Part shown: positions 11,267 to 21,709 of the stretch, in pieces | Layout: every line of letters starts with the position of its first letter | Position numbering within the stretch: the first letter of the stretch is position 1 | Origin: Epithemia pelagica | Lineage: Eukaryota; Protista; Bacillariophyta | Direction: 5' to 3' | DNA: 64,000 bases | NCBI GenBank assembly: GCA_946965045.2 | Contig: OX337237.1 | Location: 930,001 to 994,000 of the forward strand | Notes under the pieces: model-generated | Seen by the model: only the letters and a program-made list of their open reading frames with translations | What the model was told of the DNA's origin: nothing | Databases searched by the model: none | Made by a program: the position numbers and the translations under genes

Positions 11267-12310
11267 TCACGAATGATAATGCGGTTCATGCGGTTGCAAA
11301 GTGACACCATCTTCAAAACAAATGGATCGAAAATGAAAGTCGGGTGCCAGGACATCGGCCCACATTTTGAAGTCACACATGGTGGCGACGCGTCGACTGG
11401 CGACATAATAGGGTTGAGCATCGTCCTCATGGTCGTTCTCGTCGGGGTGGACGGTATCAACGGCATAATCGTACACCAAGGTTTGCATAATTTGTCCCAC
11501 TTCGGTCAAACCCAAATGAACCTTGCTGATATTTCCTTGCTTAATCTTTTCCAAAATTTCGGCCAAGGTTACTCCCCGCCCTTGATTCAATTTGCGAACG
11601 CATTGCATCAAGAAGTTGCGCAATTCGGTAATAAAGCCAAAATCAAATTCCAAATCGGAATACCAAATGCCACCCGTCAATTCGGTCGATGGCGTTAATT
11701 CAAACAACATGTACAATTTCTTGGCCTTGGCGGCAATGGATTTGACTGGTTTGATTAATCGACGTGACTCCAAGGTTTTGAAAATTTTGTTCAAGGCTTG
11801 ATTTTGAATATTGGTTTCCTTTTTGATATCCTTGGTCCAAATTCCCATATTGCCCGCCTTTTCAATGACTTGATAGACCAACCGGGCCGAAACATCCAAA
11901 CCAGCAAACTTGGAGGCGGTTTCGGATGAAACGAGGGTATAAAACAATTCATTTTTGCCTCCCCCTCGGCTCATGGTCAAACGTGAATCGGCCAATAAGG
12001 AGTTGATAATGGGAGCCAACCGAACGTAGTCAGTTTGACCAAACTGAGCTTTCAACGCCGAATTGGAAACACCACTCGATGTATACGCCGATTCGGAAAA
12101 CATGGACAAGAAGCGTTCTTGCAATTCTTCCTTGGTTTCGGTCGTGTTGTTGGTGGTGCTACTACTTGTTGTAGCGGATGGAGCACGACGGGCCACCTTG
12201 GACGGACGTGCAATCGATGTTGCTGTGGCTGGCGAAGCGCCTGCCTCAATCTTGACCGCCACAGCTCTTTTGCGCGATACCGAAGAAGACGGGGAAGGTG
12301 AAGGCGCCAT
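11267..12310 (-). CDS. POLR3F: RNA polymerase III subunit RPC6 (RPC34)
   Basis: LVYQVIEKAGNMGIWTKDIK, KTLESRRLIKPVKS, KLYMLFELTPSTELTGGIWYSDLEFD are characteristic of Rpc34. Confidence 0.92.
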   Translation of the reverse strand: MAPSPSPSSSVSRKRAVAVKIEAGASPATATSIARPSKVARRAPSATTSSSTTNNTTETKEELQERFLSMFSESAYTSSGVSNSALKAQFGQTDYVRLAPIINSLLADSRLTMSRGGGKNELFYTLVSSETASKFAGLDVSARLVYQVIEKAGNMGIWTKDIKKETNIQNQALNKIFKTLESRRLIKPVKSIAAKAKKLYMLFELTPSTELTGGIWYSDLEFDFGFITELRNFLMQCVRKLNQGRGVTLAEILEKIKQGNISKVHLGLTEVGQIMQTLVYDYAVDTVHPDENDHEDDAQPYYVASRRVATMCDFKMWADVLAPDFHFRSICFEDGVTLQPHEPHYHS

Positions 12311-12661
12311 GATTGTGGTAACTTTGAGACTCGAATCTAGAAAGTGAGATGATATGAAACTTCGAGATATTTTGATTTGTTCTCTGTCGCAAAAAAATGT
12401 ATGGTGATGGCCCCCCGGATGTACAGATCGAATGATGTGACAAAATCAGAGGGTCATTTAGTACCCGGATATACATCTTAGAGTTGTGACACATCTTGAA
12501 AGGGTCATTCTCACTTTTTCGGCTTTCCCATCTCTCCTCCCCACATTCCCCTCGTTTGGATGGAGTGCGTTCCTTGTGGGCAAGAGACAAGGCATAAAAC
12601 TCGGTTTGACTTTTTGAATTGTCCGTGGTGTTCTCCTCCTCCGACCAGTTCGAGTATTATC

Positions 12662-13786
12662 ATGGATGCCGATTGGGATCGCAACAATTTATTGGCCTTG
12701 TTGCAGGCCGAGACGCCCGATTGGGATCGCATCGTCCAACGTGTCAGCAGTACCTGGGAAGAAGCCTTTTTGACGGATCCCTTGACCAAAATGAATGCAG
12801 TCCATTACATTATTTTGCGTCGTCGAACCTGTCCTCAATTCGAAACCGTCATTTCCACCGTACGATCTATTTTGGCCCAAAATGCTGAAGCTGCCGTGGC
12901 CTGCGATGCCGAACATGGCTTTACCCCCATGGCGTTTGTATGTGATACGGCACCCGAAATCTATCTCAATGCCAACAATCAAGTCGTCGAAGAATATCTG
13001 GAACAAGATGCCTCTCTCATTGCCGCACTGCATGAAGAGAATGATATCGCCATGGACATTGGAAGCAAACGAGGATTGACACCTCTCGCCGTGCATGTGG
13101 CAGCCTTGTCACGCTTTATGCGTAAACGAGAATTGTTGCAAAAGAAACGAGAACAAGAGGGCAGTGGAGAAGAAGAAATGTGTACCGTAGACATGTCCAC
13201 GTCGCCCCTGTTGGAAGTCCTGCTGCAAAAGTCGAGTTTGGAAGATTGCAGTCGCGCGCTCAATACCTTGTTCTTGTGCAATACCAAGGATGTCATGAAC
13301 CAATTTATGCAGGAAGAAGAACGCGCTCGGAATGGCGAAATGTCAGAGGGACTGGAAAACGATTGGTGGTTGTTGGATTTGATGGTCCAAATCTTGTTTG
13401 CGGCGCACAATCAATTGTATCGGGGACAGACCATTACCAATTTTAGTCCTTTGCATACCTTGACAGCGCTGCAAGATTGTCCCATTCCCTTTCTCATGTT
13501 GGCGGTTCGAGCCAGTGTCGAAGATTTGCGCAAACCCGAAAAGGTTTCGGGAAATTTACCCGCGCACAATGTCGCTGGATGGCAAGTCCCCCATGGCGAT
13601 CCCATTACACGCAAACGCATTGCCCTCGATACCACTCTACTCATGTACCCCGAAGCGGAAGCGGAACAAAATAAGGAAGGAGAAACAGTCTCGTACGTAC
13701 AACAATTGTTTGTTGTTTGGAATTGGTGGCTCTCCGTTCTTGACACTCTCTCACCCACTTGTATTTGTTGTTGTTTTCAACAGTGA
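12662..13786 (+). CDS. Hypothetical protein (possibly degenerate ankyrin-like); 3' end may be spliced
   Basis: Long ORF with ankyrin-like segments (GFTPMAFVC, GLTPLAVHV, GNLPAHNVA). No confident family assignment. Confidence 0.5.
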   Translation: MDADWDRNNLLALLQAETPDWDRIVQRVSSTWEEAFLTDPLTKMNAVHYIILRRRTCPQFETVISTVRSILAQNAEAAVACDAEHGFTPMAFVCDTAPEIYLNANNQVVEEYLEQDASLIAALHEENDIAMDIGSKRGLTPLAVHVAALSRFMRKRELLQKKREQEGSGEEEMCTVDMSTSPLLEVLLQKSSLEDCSRALNTLFLCNTKDVMNQFMQEEERARNGEMSEGLENDWWLLDLMVQILFAAHNQLYRGQTITNFSPLHTLTALQDCPIPFLMLAVRASVEDLRKPEKVSGNLPAHNVAGWQVPHGDPITRKRIALDTTLLMYPEAEAEQNKEGETVSYVQQLFVVWNWWLSVLDTLSPTCICCCFQQ

Positions 13787-14127
13787 TATTTATTATAGAA
13801 CCACAAACACGACATCATCCGAATAGATGGTGCAGGGAAGGCGAGTAGATCCTTTCATGGATCTCAGCTAATTTATATTTATATCGATGAATGCAAAAGT
13901 CTGATAAGGTTAATAGTGAGGGTGTCACTATACATCTTATTATGCCTAAAACTACATACAGAGGACACTGGAGTGTTTCAGGTGTCGTTCGGGTGACAAC
14001 CTGGATTTTAGCAGTCGAGTCTTTTTCTTTGCATTGAGTAGCGCGAGCCGCTCGGAGAATAAACGAGAAAGGAATAGGTTGCTTTAGTCATGGTCACTCT
14101 TCATTCTAGAAGCCATTCTTCCAAGTC

Positions 14128-16551
14128 TCATGGTCCTTTCAAGGTCGCCCTACGACTTTGCGCTTCCAAAGCTTGAATCATGTCTTCAATCTCATCGTAT
14201 TCCGCTGTCATTTGTTCAATTTGCGCTGGCGTCAACGACAAGGGTTGTCGTCCTCCGCGAGCTGGTGCTTTCTTCTTTTGACATGAAGCCTGTGTCTCGT
14301 CTTTCACTTCAGAGTTCATGGCCCTTTCCACTCGTTCTCGCTGTTCTTCAGACAAGGTCATTTGGAAGTAATGTTCCAACATGGCAATCACATCCGCAGC
14401 GGCCATGTATCCCAAAAACAGTTTCTTATCAATACGACCAGGACGAATCAAGGCCGGATCCAAATGCTCGACATGATTGGTTGTCATGATAAGGATCCTG
14501 CCGGGAGAATCCACAACGCCATCCAACACGTTCAGCAACCCACTCAAATTCAATTGGTCTCGTTCGGGCTTCCACAACGAAGCCATGGACCCGGATACAC
14601 CAGTACCTAGTGTAGAAGAACTGGTTGCCATCTTTGCGGCTGCTGAGTACGTAGTGATGCTTTTGCCAGTTTGAGGTGTCGCTGAATTGGGACCGGGAGA
14701 ACTTGACCGTGTTGATGTGGTCGTGGTTGGTGTACTGGAACCATGTCGGTGTCCAACTTGTTTTTCCATGAGTGCCCTGGCAAACACATCATCTCTCATG
14801 TTTGCAACCAAAGCAGATAAGTCTATCGAACCATTGAAATGTTCTTCGTTGGAATCATGGAGATTGGATGTACGTGAAGTGTTCTTGCGATTCAGCGCCG
14901 AAATATCATCAAAGGAGGTCTCCCCCAGCAGAGCATTCACAAATTCATCATCAAGTTCTGCTCCTTGCTCAATGTGATTCATGAGAAGCCTAGCCTGAGA
15001 TCCGAGAAAACGGTCGACGGTTTCAGTATCTTCTGTGATTTGCGTCACGGCAGCCAAGGTCTTTGCGCTGATTCGTTCCATCGATGAAGTTTCATGGTCA
15101 CTCGCGTTGTCACCGATGGTCGGTTCTCCGACCAAACCCAATCCTGGTAAGGCTCGTAATTTCTCTACCGCCTGTGTAAGCACATGGGACTCCGCAAACT
15201 TCTGTTTCAGACGGTCTGATTTCTCAATCAAGAGTTGAATGAGATCCTTACACTCTGAGTCATTGCTTTCCAAAAACATTTGCCAGGGCGATTTGGGTTT
15301 GGGAAGCTCATCCATAGAAAGAACCATGTCGCTGGCATCGTGCTCATCGACATGACAAGTCTTGCCATCTCGACGTCGTACCGCGTTGGATGCAGCATCC
15401 ACGTCTTCCATGACAAAAATGACATCTTTAAAGTCCAGCTTTTGTGGCATGGATTCTCCCTCGACGTACTTCTTTGGATCGTTGAAAATGGTCATGAGTT
15501 CGGCATTGGTTTGGACACGTGCCAAGGGTACATTGATAATGGATCGGCCTGTATGTTGGGCCAAAGCCTTGATAAAACTAGTCTTTCCAGAACCGGGACA
15601 TCCACTCAAGAGTAGACCCAGCTTGTGCGGATAGCCCGGAATTTGATACTTGCCCGTTCGTTTCGTAAAATGCTGAATCAGTTTCAACAAGGACTCTTTT
15701 TGCCGAAAAAAGAGGGAAGCAAAGGTTTTTTCTTCCGACAATCGGTATCGTGTGTAGAGACGGCCGGATGGTCCTTCGTCATCATCTTGCTTGTCGTTTC
15801 TACTACTTCTCGATGACTTGAGTTCGTAAAAGTAGCGCGAATTGTCACAGGATTTCCGCAGCTGCTCCAAATAGTTCCGATAAGCCTTGTCAATGAAATC
15901 TTCAATTGCAAAACTAGAATCTGATTGCAGAACATATGTTCGGACCCACTTACTTTCGTCGGTTTTTCTCATTTCAACCTGTTCCATAAAAATCCATACC
16001 TTTGCCTTTTCCTCGCCACAAATACCCTCTGTTGTACCGTAGTTACCAATATCATGCCATTCTCCTTTGGGAGGTTTGAGAAGGACGTGATATTTGGATA
16101 AGACGCCGGCCAGCGTGGTATGTTGCTCATCTTCGCCATTATTGCTGCTTTGCTGCCCAACATCAGCGTTCTTGTCTTCAGTGGAAGTGAGATCGACATC
16201 TGCTTCAATTAAATCCATTTTGACATGGGAGTTGAGATACATGTCGATCGCTTTCATGAGGATACTGTTCTGTGTATCTTCGTCGTCGTTGCGGTAATCA
16301 CCCCACTTTCCACGTCGGCTTTTGTGGACAATTCGACGTTCTTGTGTACGAACTTGGCGCCTCATACGAAACAGTCTTTCAATGCAGCGAAATGCCTCTT
16401 GACATCCCTTCAGTAGCACTTTTAGAATCAGAGGGAAGAGCAACGCCACAAGCATATCAATATGGGGATTGCCGGTGCGAAGAGCATTCAGAATCCCCAT
16501 GGATTGAATCCCATCCATGTCAAAGAGATCATTTTCATCACCCTCAGACAT
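14128..16551 (-). CDS. BCS1-like AAA+ ATPase, copy 1
   Basis: Walker [10 protein letters not shown], Walker [26 protein letters not shown] and [12 protein letters not shown]-terminal hydrophobic anchor. Confidence 0.85.
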   Translation of the reverse strand: MSEGDENDLFDMDGIQSMGILNALRTGNPHIDMLVALLFPLILKVLLKGCQEAFRCIERLFRMRRQVRTQERRIVHKSRRGKWGDYRNDDEDTQNSILMKAIDMYLNSHVKMDLIEADVDLTSTEDKNADVGQQSSNNGEDEQHTTLAGVLSKYHVLLKPPKGEWHDIGNYGTTEGICGEEKAKVWIFMEQVEMRKTDESKWVRTYVLQSDSSFAIEDFIDKAYRNYLEQLRKSCDNSRYFYELKSSRSSRNDKQDDDEGPSGRLYTRYRLSEEKTFASLFFRQKESLLKLIQHFTKRTGKYQIPGYPHKLGLLLSGCPGSGKTSFIKALAQHTGRSIINVPLARVQTNAELMTIFNDPKKYVEGESMPQKLDFKDVIFVMEDVDAASNAVRRRDGKTCHVDEHDASDMVLSMDELPKPKSPWQMFLESNDSECKDLIQLLIEKSDRLKQKFAESHVLTQAVEKLRALPGLGLVGEPTIGDNASDHETSSMERISAKTLAAVTQITEDTETVDRFLGSQARLLMNHIEQGAELDDEFVNALLGETSFDDISALNRKNTSRTSNLHDSNEEHFNGSIDLSALVANMRDDVFARALMEKQVGHRHGSSTPTTTTSTRSSSPGPNSATPQTGKSITTYSAAAKMATSSSTLGTGVSGSMASLWKPERDQLNLSGLLNVLDGVVDSPGRILIMTTNHVEHLDPALIRPGRIDKKLFLGYMAAADVIAMLEHYFQMTLSEEQRERVERAMNSEVKDETQASCQKKKAPARGGRQPLSLTPAQIEQMTAEYDEIEDMIQALEAQSRRATLKGP

Positions 16552-17371
16552 GACAGGTTCAGATAGCCCACAGGTTTTGAATTATGAGCTCTGGGATCGT
16601 AATTCACATTGCTGCACGTTTCGTCTGAGACAAACACATCCGGTCCACGACCCACGAGCTCTCGTTCGCGACTAAAAACTGAAATTGTCAGAACTCATGC
16701 GACTGGAAATGTGAGGGGGCGAAGGAATGAATTTGTGGGGGTTGAATTCGGGAGCGCGCAAAATGCTTCCGGATCGTGAACGGTGAATAGAAGAAAGAGA
16801 TCTACAAGGACATACTTCGACGAGCTCTGGGAGTGACTAACGGTGAATCCATCGCAACAATTCTGTTCCTTCCAGCTCCCTCGGGGTCAAGGTTTGAATG
16901 CTTCACAGTCCCAAGACTTGCCGAACTACCTTGGCATTGGGCAAAAGCCTGCGACGCACAGGACGAAGCTTCATTTCAGGACTGAACTCCATCCGGTTTA
17001 CCTGGCCGTTATCAAAGCATCCCTTTCGGTCATATTCTTTCAAATGTTCAAGATTCCGAAGCAAAGTAGTTTCCCACATTGACATGTCTTTCGTCCGGGA
17101 AACAGCATCAGCGATATCCTCCAAACTGAATGTATCAACACGTTTCAACATTCCATTATCAGTTCTTCCTAGATACACAGTGGTACATCCCGATCCGACC
17201 ATCTGGAAAAAGAAATTGGTATTCTGTTTCTTTTTCGTGTTCTTGAATTCTACAGGATTTCCGTCCATATCTGTTCCATCGGCTTCTCCCGACATCAATG
17301 TTCGAAACGGTCCAACTTGCGTTAGTTGAACATGTTCTGAAAAGCCAATGTCATGAAGATCTTCTAGTCTT

Positions 17372-17664
17372 TGTTGGAAATAATGAGACAAACGGAAAAA
17401 TGATTCACGAGTGCTCGGCATCGCCCGGAGTGAAGCATCAAACAATGACGGGAAGTACATATAGAAACAGTCACGAACACACGCGCGAGCCAGAACGGAA
17501 ACGCGTAACGTTCGCTGACGTAGTGAGATTTGGAAAAGCAAAGACGAGCAAGGCGAAGAAATCCTGTGCTCATTCTTTGGAGATAATCAAGGCAGTAAAG
17601 TAAAACGACGTTTGATTTACAACGATAGTGCTTAAGCTGACGGCTCTGCACCCATCGTACAACA
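17372..17664 (+). repeat. 5' LTR (293 bp)
   Basis: TGTTGGAAAT...CGTACAACA. By eye it differs from the 3' LTR at one position (A17621 vs G22376). Confidence 0.95.
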
Positions 17665-17678
17665 TTATCTCCAAAGAA
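17664..17678 (+). promoter_or_regulatory. Primer-binding-site position, complementary to the element's own LTR (candidate self-priming site)
   Basis: ATTATCTCCAAAGAA is the exact reverse complement of TTCTTTGGAGATAAT at 17573-17587. There is no TGG-starting tRNA-type PBS here. Confidence 0.7.
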
Positions 17679-17711
17679 AAAGATTTGCTTTCTACCCAGT
17701 GTCAAAGTCCA

Positions 17712-18395
17712 ATGCCAAACGCGCGAGATATCGGTCAAGAACGTGGAAATCAAGAATACAACGAGTTGGTACAAGAGCTCATCAATTTGTCCATCCGACA
17801 ACACGAAATTGCGCAACGACTGCGAGATCTCCGACCGGCCAATCCCCAACGGCCACCAGTGGCCGTCTCTGTGGCCCAACAAGTACAAGCTGGTTACGAG
17901 ACGGGAGACAGCGAAGAAGAGTTGACCCCAAGAAGCAACGAGACCTCTCACGTGGGTGCCAGTATCGCAAGTTCGTCTGTTGAGGTTGTGGGCGTTATCC
18001 GTCGAGTTGAGAGAGAGAGACAACAAGACCCATCCGAGTACACGCCTGCCGAACTCACTGCACTCCAAAGTGGATGCACGTTGTGGACGTCCGCGACAAC
18101 AGGGAAACGGTACATCATTCATCCCAGTCGACGCTCTTTTGCCATCGGGGATATCGTCAAGACTTCCAACCCTGCCAATCCGGGAAACGACCTGGCGCCC
18201 TCTCGACGAGACGGAACAGGCGTGATTACCAAGGTGCAGACTGTCCAAGTGTCGCTTCGTACTGACAGTGGACAAGAGATAAGGCGAAGCAAGAACAACG
18301 TTCGGTATCTCTCGGCCGAACGAGATGAGCAGTACGCCCAATTCGAGCCCGTCGAACCAGGCCGGCGCCCCAACTACGCCAAGTACCGCGCCTAA
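17712..18395 (+). CDS. Accessory ORF upstream of gag (coiled-coil plus KOW/SH3-like C-terminal domain)
   Basis: Intact ORF inside the element. Contains YNELVQELINLSIRQHEIAQRLRDL (heptad-like) and FAIGDIVKTSN...GTGVITKVQTVQVSLRTDSGQEIRRSKNNV (beta-rich). Its stop is 1 nt before the gag ATG. Confidence 0.65.
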   Translation: MPNARDIGQERGNQEYNELVQELINLSIRQHEIAQRLRDLRPANPQRPPVAVSVAQQVQAGYETGDSEEELTPRSNETSHVGASIASSSVEVVGVIRRVERERQQDPSEYTPAELTALQSGCTLWTSATTGKRYIIHPSRRSFAIGDIVKTSNPANPGNDLAPSRRDGTGVITKVQTVQVSLRTDSGQEIRRSKNNVRYLSAERDEQYAQFEPVEPGRRPNYAKYRA

Positions 18396-18396
18396 C

Positions 18397-19974
18397 ATGG
18401 AAGGAAACCAGTCCAACGGTGGACGTGGAAGGCGTGGAGGTCGTGGCAGAGGCCGTGGTGGTCGTGGTGGTAGAGGAGGACGAGGTGGTCTACACAACAG
18501 TGGGACAACATTCAAGGGTAACACAGAAGGTATGAACGGTCATATCTTCCAAGAGTTCTACGAGTGCAATGATAAGCGCCAGTTCGCACGAACGCTGGAG
18601 GCGCTGGAAGAATACATCGCCAAGAATTACAAGCATGCGGGTGACATGATGCCTTTGACGAGGGAATTGAAGAATCCGGAAATTGCTGAACCAGCCGACC
18701 TTCCAGAAGGAGAGACGAGTCGCGTGAAGACAATCCTCCTCGAGAAACAGATCGCCGCCTATGTTACACGATGTGACATATTGGAAAGCAACCTCCAGGC
18801 CACATATGCAGTGATATGGGGGCAATGCAGTGAAGCAATGCGCGCCAAATTACAAGGATTAGAAAAATACAACGACGCCCGAGACAAATGTGACTGTGCT
18901 TGGCTCCTAACACAGATCAAGGCAATACGATACAAGTTCGAAGAGAAAAGATATGGGTACGCGTCTCTGAATGACGCTTATAACAATTTTTATTCACACC
19001 GCCAACAGAATGAAGAAGCCCTGGCGGATTATCTGCACCAGTTCAAGGAGAACGTCGATGTTCTGGAACATTATGGTGGTGCCGTGGGAGTCGACAAAGG
19101 TTCTCAAGAGCTCATTGAGAAGTATCTAGAGCCTGGAGAGACCGTGTCCTCCGAAACCAAGAAGAAGATGAGTCGTGATCGCGCTCTGGCGATCCAATTT
19201 CTCAAGGGTGCCGACCGCAAACGTTATGGAAATCTGCTGATTGAGTTAGAAAACCAGTTTTCCAGAGGAACTGACCAGTATCCTCCTGATTTGACGGCGG
19301 CATACGGCATGCTCGTCAGCTACCGAGGCGCTAAACAGTCCGCACCACCATCCTCTCCCTCGCCCTCGCCCAGTCCAGGCTTACAGTTTGCTCAGACTGC
19401 TGATCCCGTGCCCGGTCTTGATGGCGTTCTTCATGAAGGCATTACTTGTTTTCACTGCCGTGGGCCCGGACATTATGCAAGTCAGTGTCCCCACCGACAA
19501 GATGGGACTGAGGGTAATGCCGGAGTCACCATGCTCCACCATCACCAACCCTCCTCATACAATTTCACCTTCGCTCACGTTGATTGTTGCCTCTCCCAGT
19601 CACGTGTCGCCATCCCATCCACCTGGGTGCTTCTCGATAGTCAATCAACTATCTCGGTCTTTCACAATGCCTCCCTGCTCCGTAACATTCGGCCATCCTC
19701 CCATCCGTTGACGGTTTACACTAATGGTGGTAAACAAGTTTCTCGTTTGGTAGGTGACATTCCCAACTTTGGAGAAGTGTGGTACAACCCACAGTCTTTG
19801 GCCAACATCCTTTCTTTGGCCGCTGTTCGGCAACAATGTCGCGTCACAATGGATACCTCTGGTGATCCATCCATTGCGGTCCACCGCCGGGATGGAACGG
19901 TAATGCTTTTCAAAGAGAGTCCCATGGGTCTATATTATTTCGATGTCAGTGACCACTCTAACTTTACTAGGTAG
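18397..19974 (+). CDS. Copia gag (RGG box, CCHC zinc knuckle) plus aspartic protease
   Basis: RGG-rich N-terminus, YAVIWGQCSEAMRAKL, CFHCRGPGHYASQC, and protease WVLLDSQSTISVF...WYNPQSLANILSL. Confidence 0.9.
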   Translation: MEGNQSNGGRGRRGGRGRGRGGRGGRGGRGGLHNSGTTFKGNTEGMNGHIFQEFYECNDKRQFARTLEALEEYIAKNYKHAGDMMPLTRELKNPEIAEPADLPEGETSRVKTILLEKQIAAYVTRCDILESNLQATYAVIWGQCSEAMRAKLQGLEKYNDARDKCDCAWLLTQIKAIRYKFEEKRYGYASLNDAYNNFYSHRQQNEEALADYLHQFKENVDVLEHYGGAVGVDKGSQELIEKYLEPGETVSSETKKKMSRDRALAIQFLKGADRKRYGNLLIELENQFSRGTDQYPPDLTAAYGMLVSYRGAKQSAPPSSPSPSPSPGLQFAQTADPVPGLDGVLHEGITCFHCRGPGHYASQCPHRQDGTEGNAGVTMLHHHQPSSYNFTFAHVDCCLSQSRVAIPSTWVLLDSQSTISVFHNASLLRNIRPSSHPLTVYTNGGKQVSRLVGDIPNFGEVWYNPQSLANILSLAAVRQQCRVTMDTSGDPSIAVHRRDGTVMLFKESPMGLYYFDVSDHSNFTR

Positions 19975-21709
19975 TTCTCCCTCTGCTCCTTACCTTTTTC
20001 TCAATAACGCGACCGGATATTCCCCTCGGGAGGTCGAAGGAGCGGATCGCGCGCGGATTCTATACCGACAACTCGGTCGACCCTCCCAACGCGATTTCCT
20101 GGACGCTCTCGCACACAACGTGATTCAAAACTGTCCCGTCACCGCCGAAGACGCACGCCGCGCCCTCAAAATTTATGGGCCCGATCCCGCAACCCTCAAA
20201 GGCAAGACCGTCAAGCGACCAACACCAGCAGTCCCACAACTCATCCCAACGGACATCCCTACCAAAATTAAACAAGAGCACCAGCGCGTGACGATATGCG
20301 CCGACAACTTCTATGTACAAGGTCACATTTTTTGTCATACGATCAGCCGTCACCTACATTTCCGCACAGTCGCCGCCATCGAGAACCGACGCAAGGCGAC
20401 CCTCGAAAAAGAAATCAAGGACGTAATCCACATGTACCAAGCGCGTGGCTTCGAAGTGACCGACCTGCATGCCGACAACGAGTTCGCACCAATCCAACAG
20501 AACATCCTGCCCGTCCTGTCAAATATTGTGGCGGCCGATGACCACGTCGGCCAAGTCGAACGTTCTATACGAACAATTAAGGAGCGAGTCCGTGCTACCG
20601 TCCATGGCTTACCGTACCGCCGATATCCTACACTAATGGTAAGGGAAGTGGTGGCCCACGCTGTCAGGACGCTCAACCAACTACCGAGCAAGAAAGGTGT
20701 TTCTGCAACAATGAGTCCGAGAAAAATCGTGACTGGTCTTCCCGACCCCGACTACAACAGCATGAAAATTGAATTTGGGCACTATGCCCAGATCTTCGAG
20801 GAACGACGACGAACGAATACGACGGCCCCAAGAACAATCGGAGCCATAGCACTCAATCCCACGGGTAACGCCCAAGGGAGCTATTTCTTTTTGTCACTCG
20901 CCACAGGAGCGCGGGTATCGAGACAGCAATGGACGGAGCTTCCCATCACACAAGCAGTTATTGACCGTGTCGAAGAATTGGCCGAACAACAAGAACAGCC
21001 CCTCATAGATGGAGAACTGGTTTTCGAGTGGGCCCCCGATATACCAATCCACGACGACGCTGACGGCGAGGACGGAAATAACGAGGAGCCTGGACCTGAA
21101 ATAGACGAAGAGTCCAGCCAAGACGAGATACCTGCATCGGACGAAGAAGAAGAAGAGCCACCCGTCGTGTCAACAACAGACGAAGACGACACCGTCGACC
21201 CAGTCATCGATGACGAGCCGGAGATGGAAGTCGAGGAACCATCGGAAAATGAAGGAGCGACGGAAGATGAAGGAGCGACTGATGAAGGAATGGATGAATA
21301 TACCGCGGGATATGACGACGAAGTCGTGGACGTCGACCATGAGGAAATGGACCCAGAAATGGCGGATGAAGATTTGGACGCTCCACAGCATACATACAAC
21401 CTCCGAGGTAATCGCGAACGGTCCTACGAACACCGACTCGATCATCAAATGGACACTGCTGATGGCAGTATGTCCTACATGCATATGCAATTCCTCCAGC
21501 GAGCAATCCGCCATGCGACAACCAACGTGAATGAAAGAAGGCCTATACATTCAATCGTGCCTGAATTCATGTTCACCCAGATGTCGGCGCAAGCAGGTAT
21601 CAAGAAGCACGGACAGCGGGCAATAGACGCACTGCTCAAAGAATTCACCCAATTGGATGGACAAGATACATTCGATCCACAGGACGCCTCAAAGCTCAAT
21701 CATCGCTAA
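19943..21709 (+). CDS. Copia integrase, acidic linker and first residues of RT (truncated)
   Basis: GADRARILYRQLGRPS, TICADNFYV, LHADNEF, HVGQVERSIRTIKER, RTIGAIALNPTGNAQGSYFFLSL. Ends FTQMSAQAGIKKHG...KEFTQL then stop. Confidence 0.88.
   Translation: MSVTTLTLLGSSPSAPYLFLNNATGYSPREVEGADRARILYRQLGRPSQRDFLDALAHNVIQNCPVTAEDARRALKIYGPDPATLKGKTVKRPTPAVPQLIPTDIPTKIKQEHQRVTICADNFYVQGHIFCHTISRHLHFRTVAAIENRRKATLEKEIKDVIHMYQARGFEVTDLHADNEFAPIQQNILPVLSNIVAADDHVGQVERSIRTIKERVRATVHGLPYRRYPTLMVREVVAHAVRTLNQLPSKKGVSATMSPRKIVTGLPDPDYNSMKIEFGHYAQIFEERRRTNTTAPRTIGAIALNPTGNAQGSYFFLSLATGARVSRQQWTELPITQAVIDRVEELAEQQEQPLIDGELVFEWAPDIPIHDDADGEDGNNEEPGPEIDEESSQDEIPASDEEEEEPPVVSTTDEDDTVDPVIDDEPEMEVEEPSENEGATEDEGATDEGMDEYTAGYDDEVVDVDHEEMDPEMADEDLDAPQHTYNLRGNRERSYEHRLDHQMDTADGSMSYMHMQFLQRAIRHATTNVNERRPIHSIVPEFMFTQMSAQAGIKKHGQRAIDALLKEFTQLDGQDTFDPQDASKLNHR

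Noticed and set aside
17364-18524. 386-aa antisense ORF in the retrotransposon
   Set aside because: Shadow of ORF0 and the RGG-coding gag start; no domain signal.
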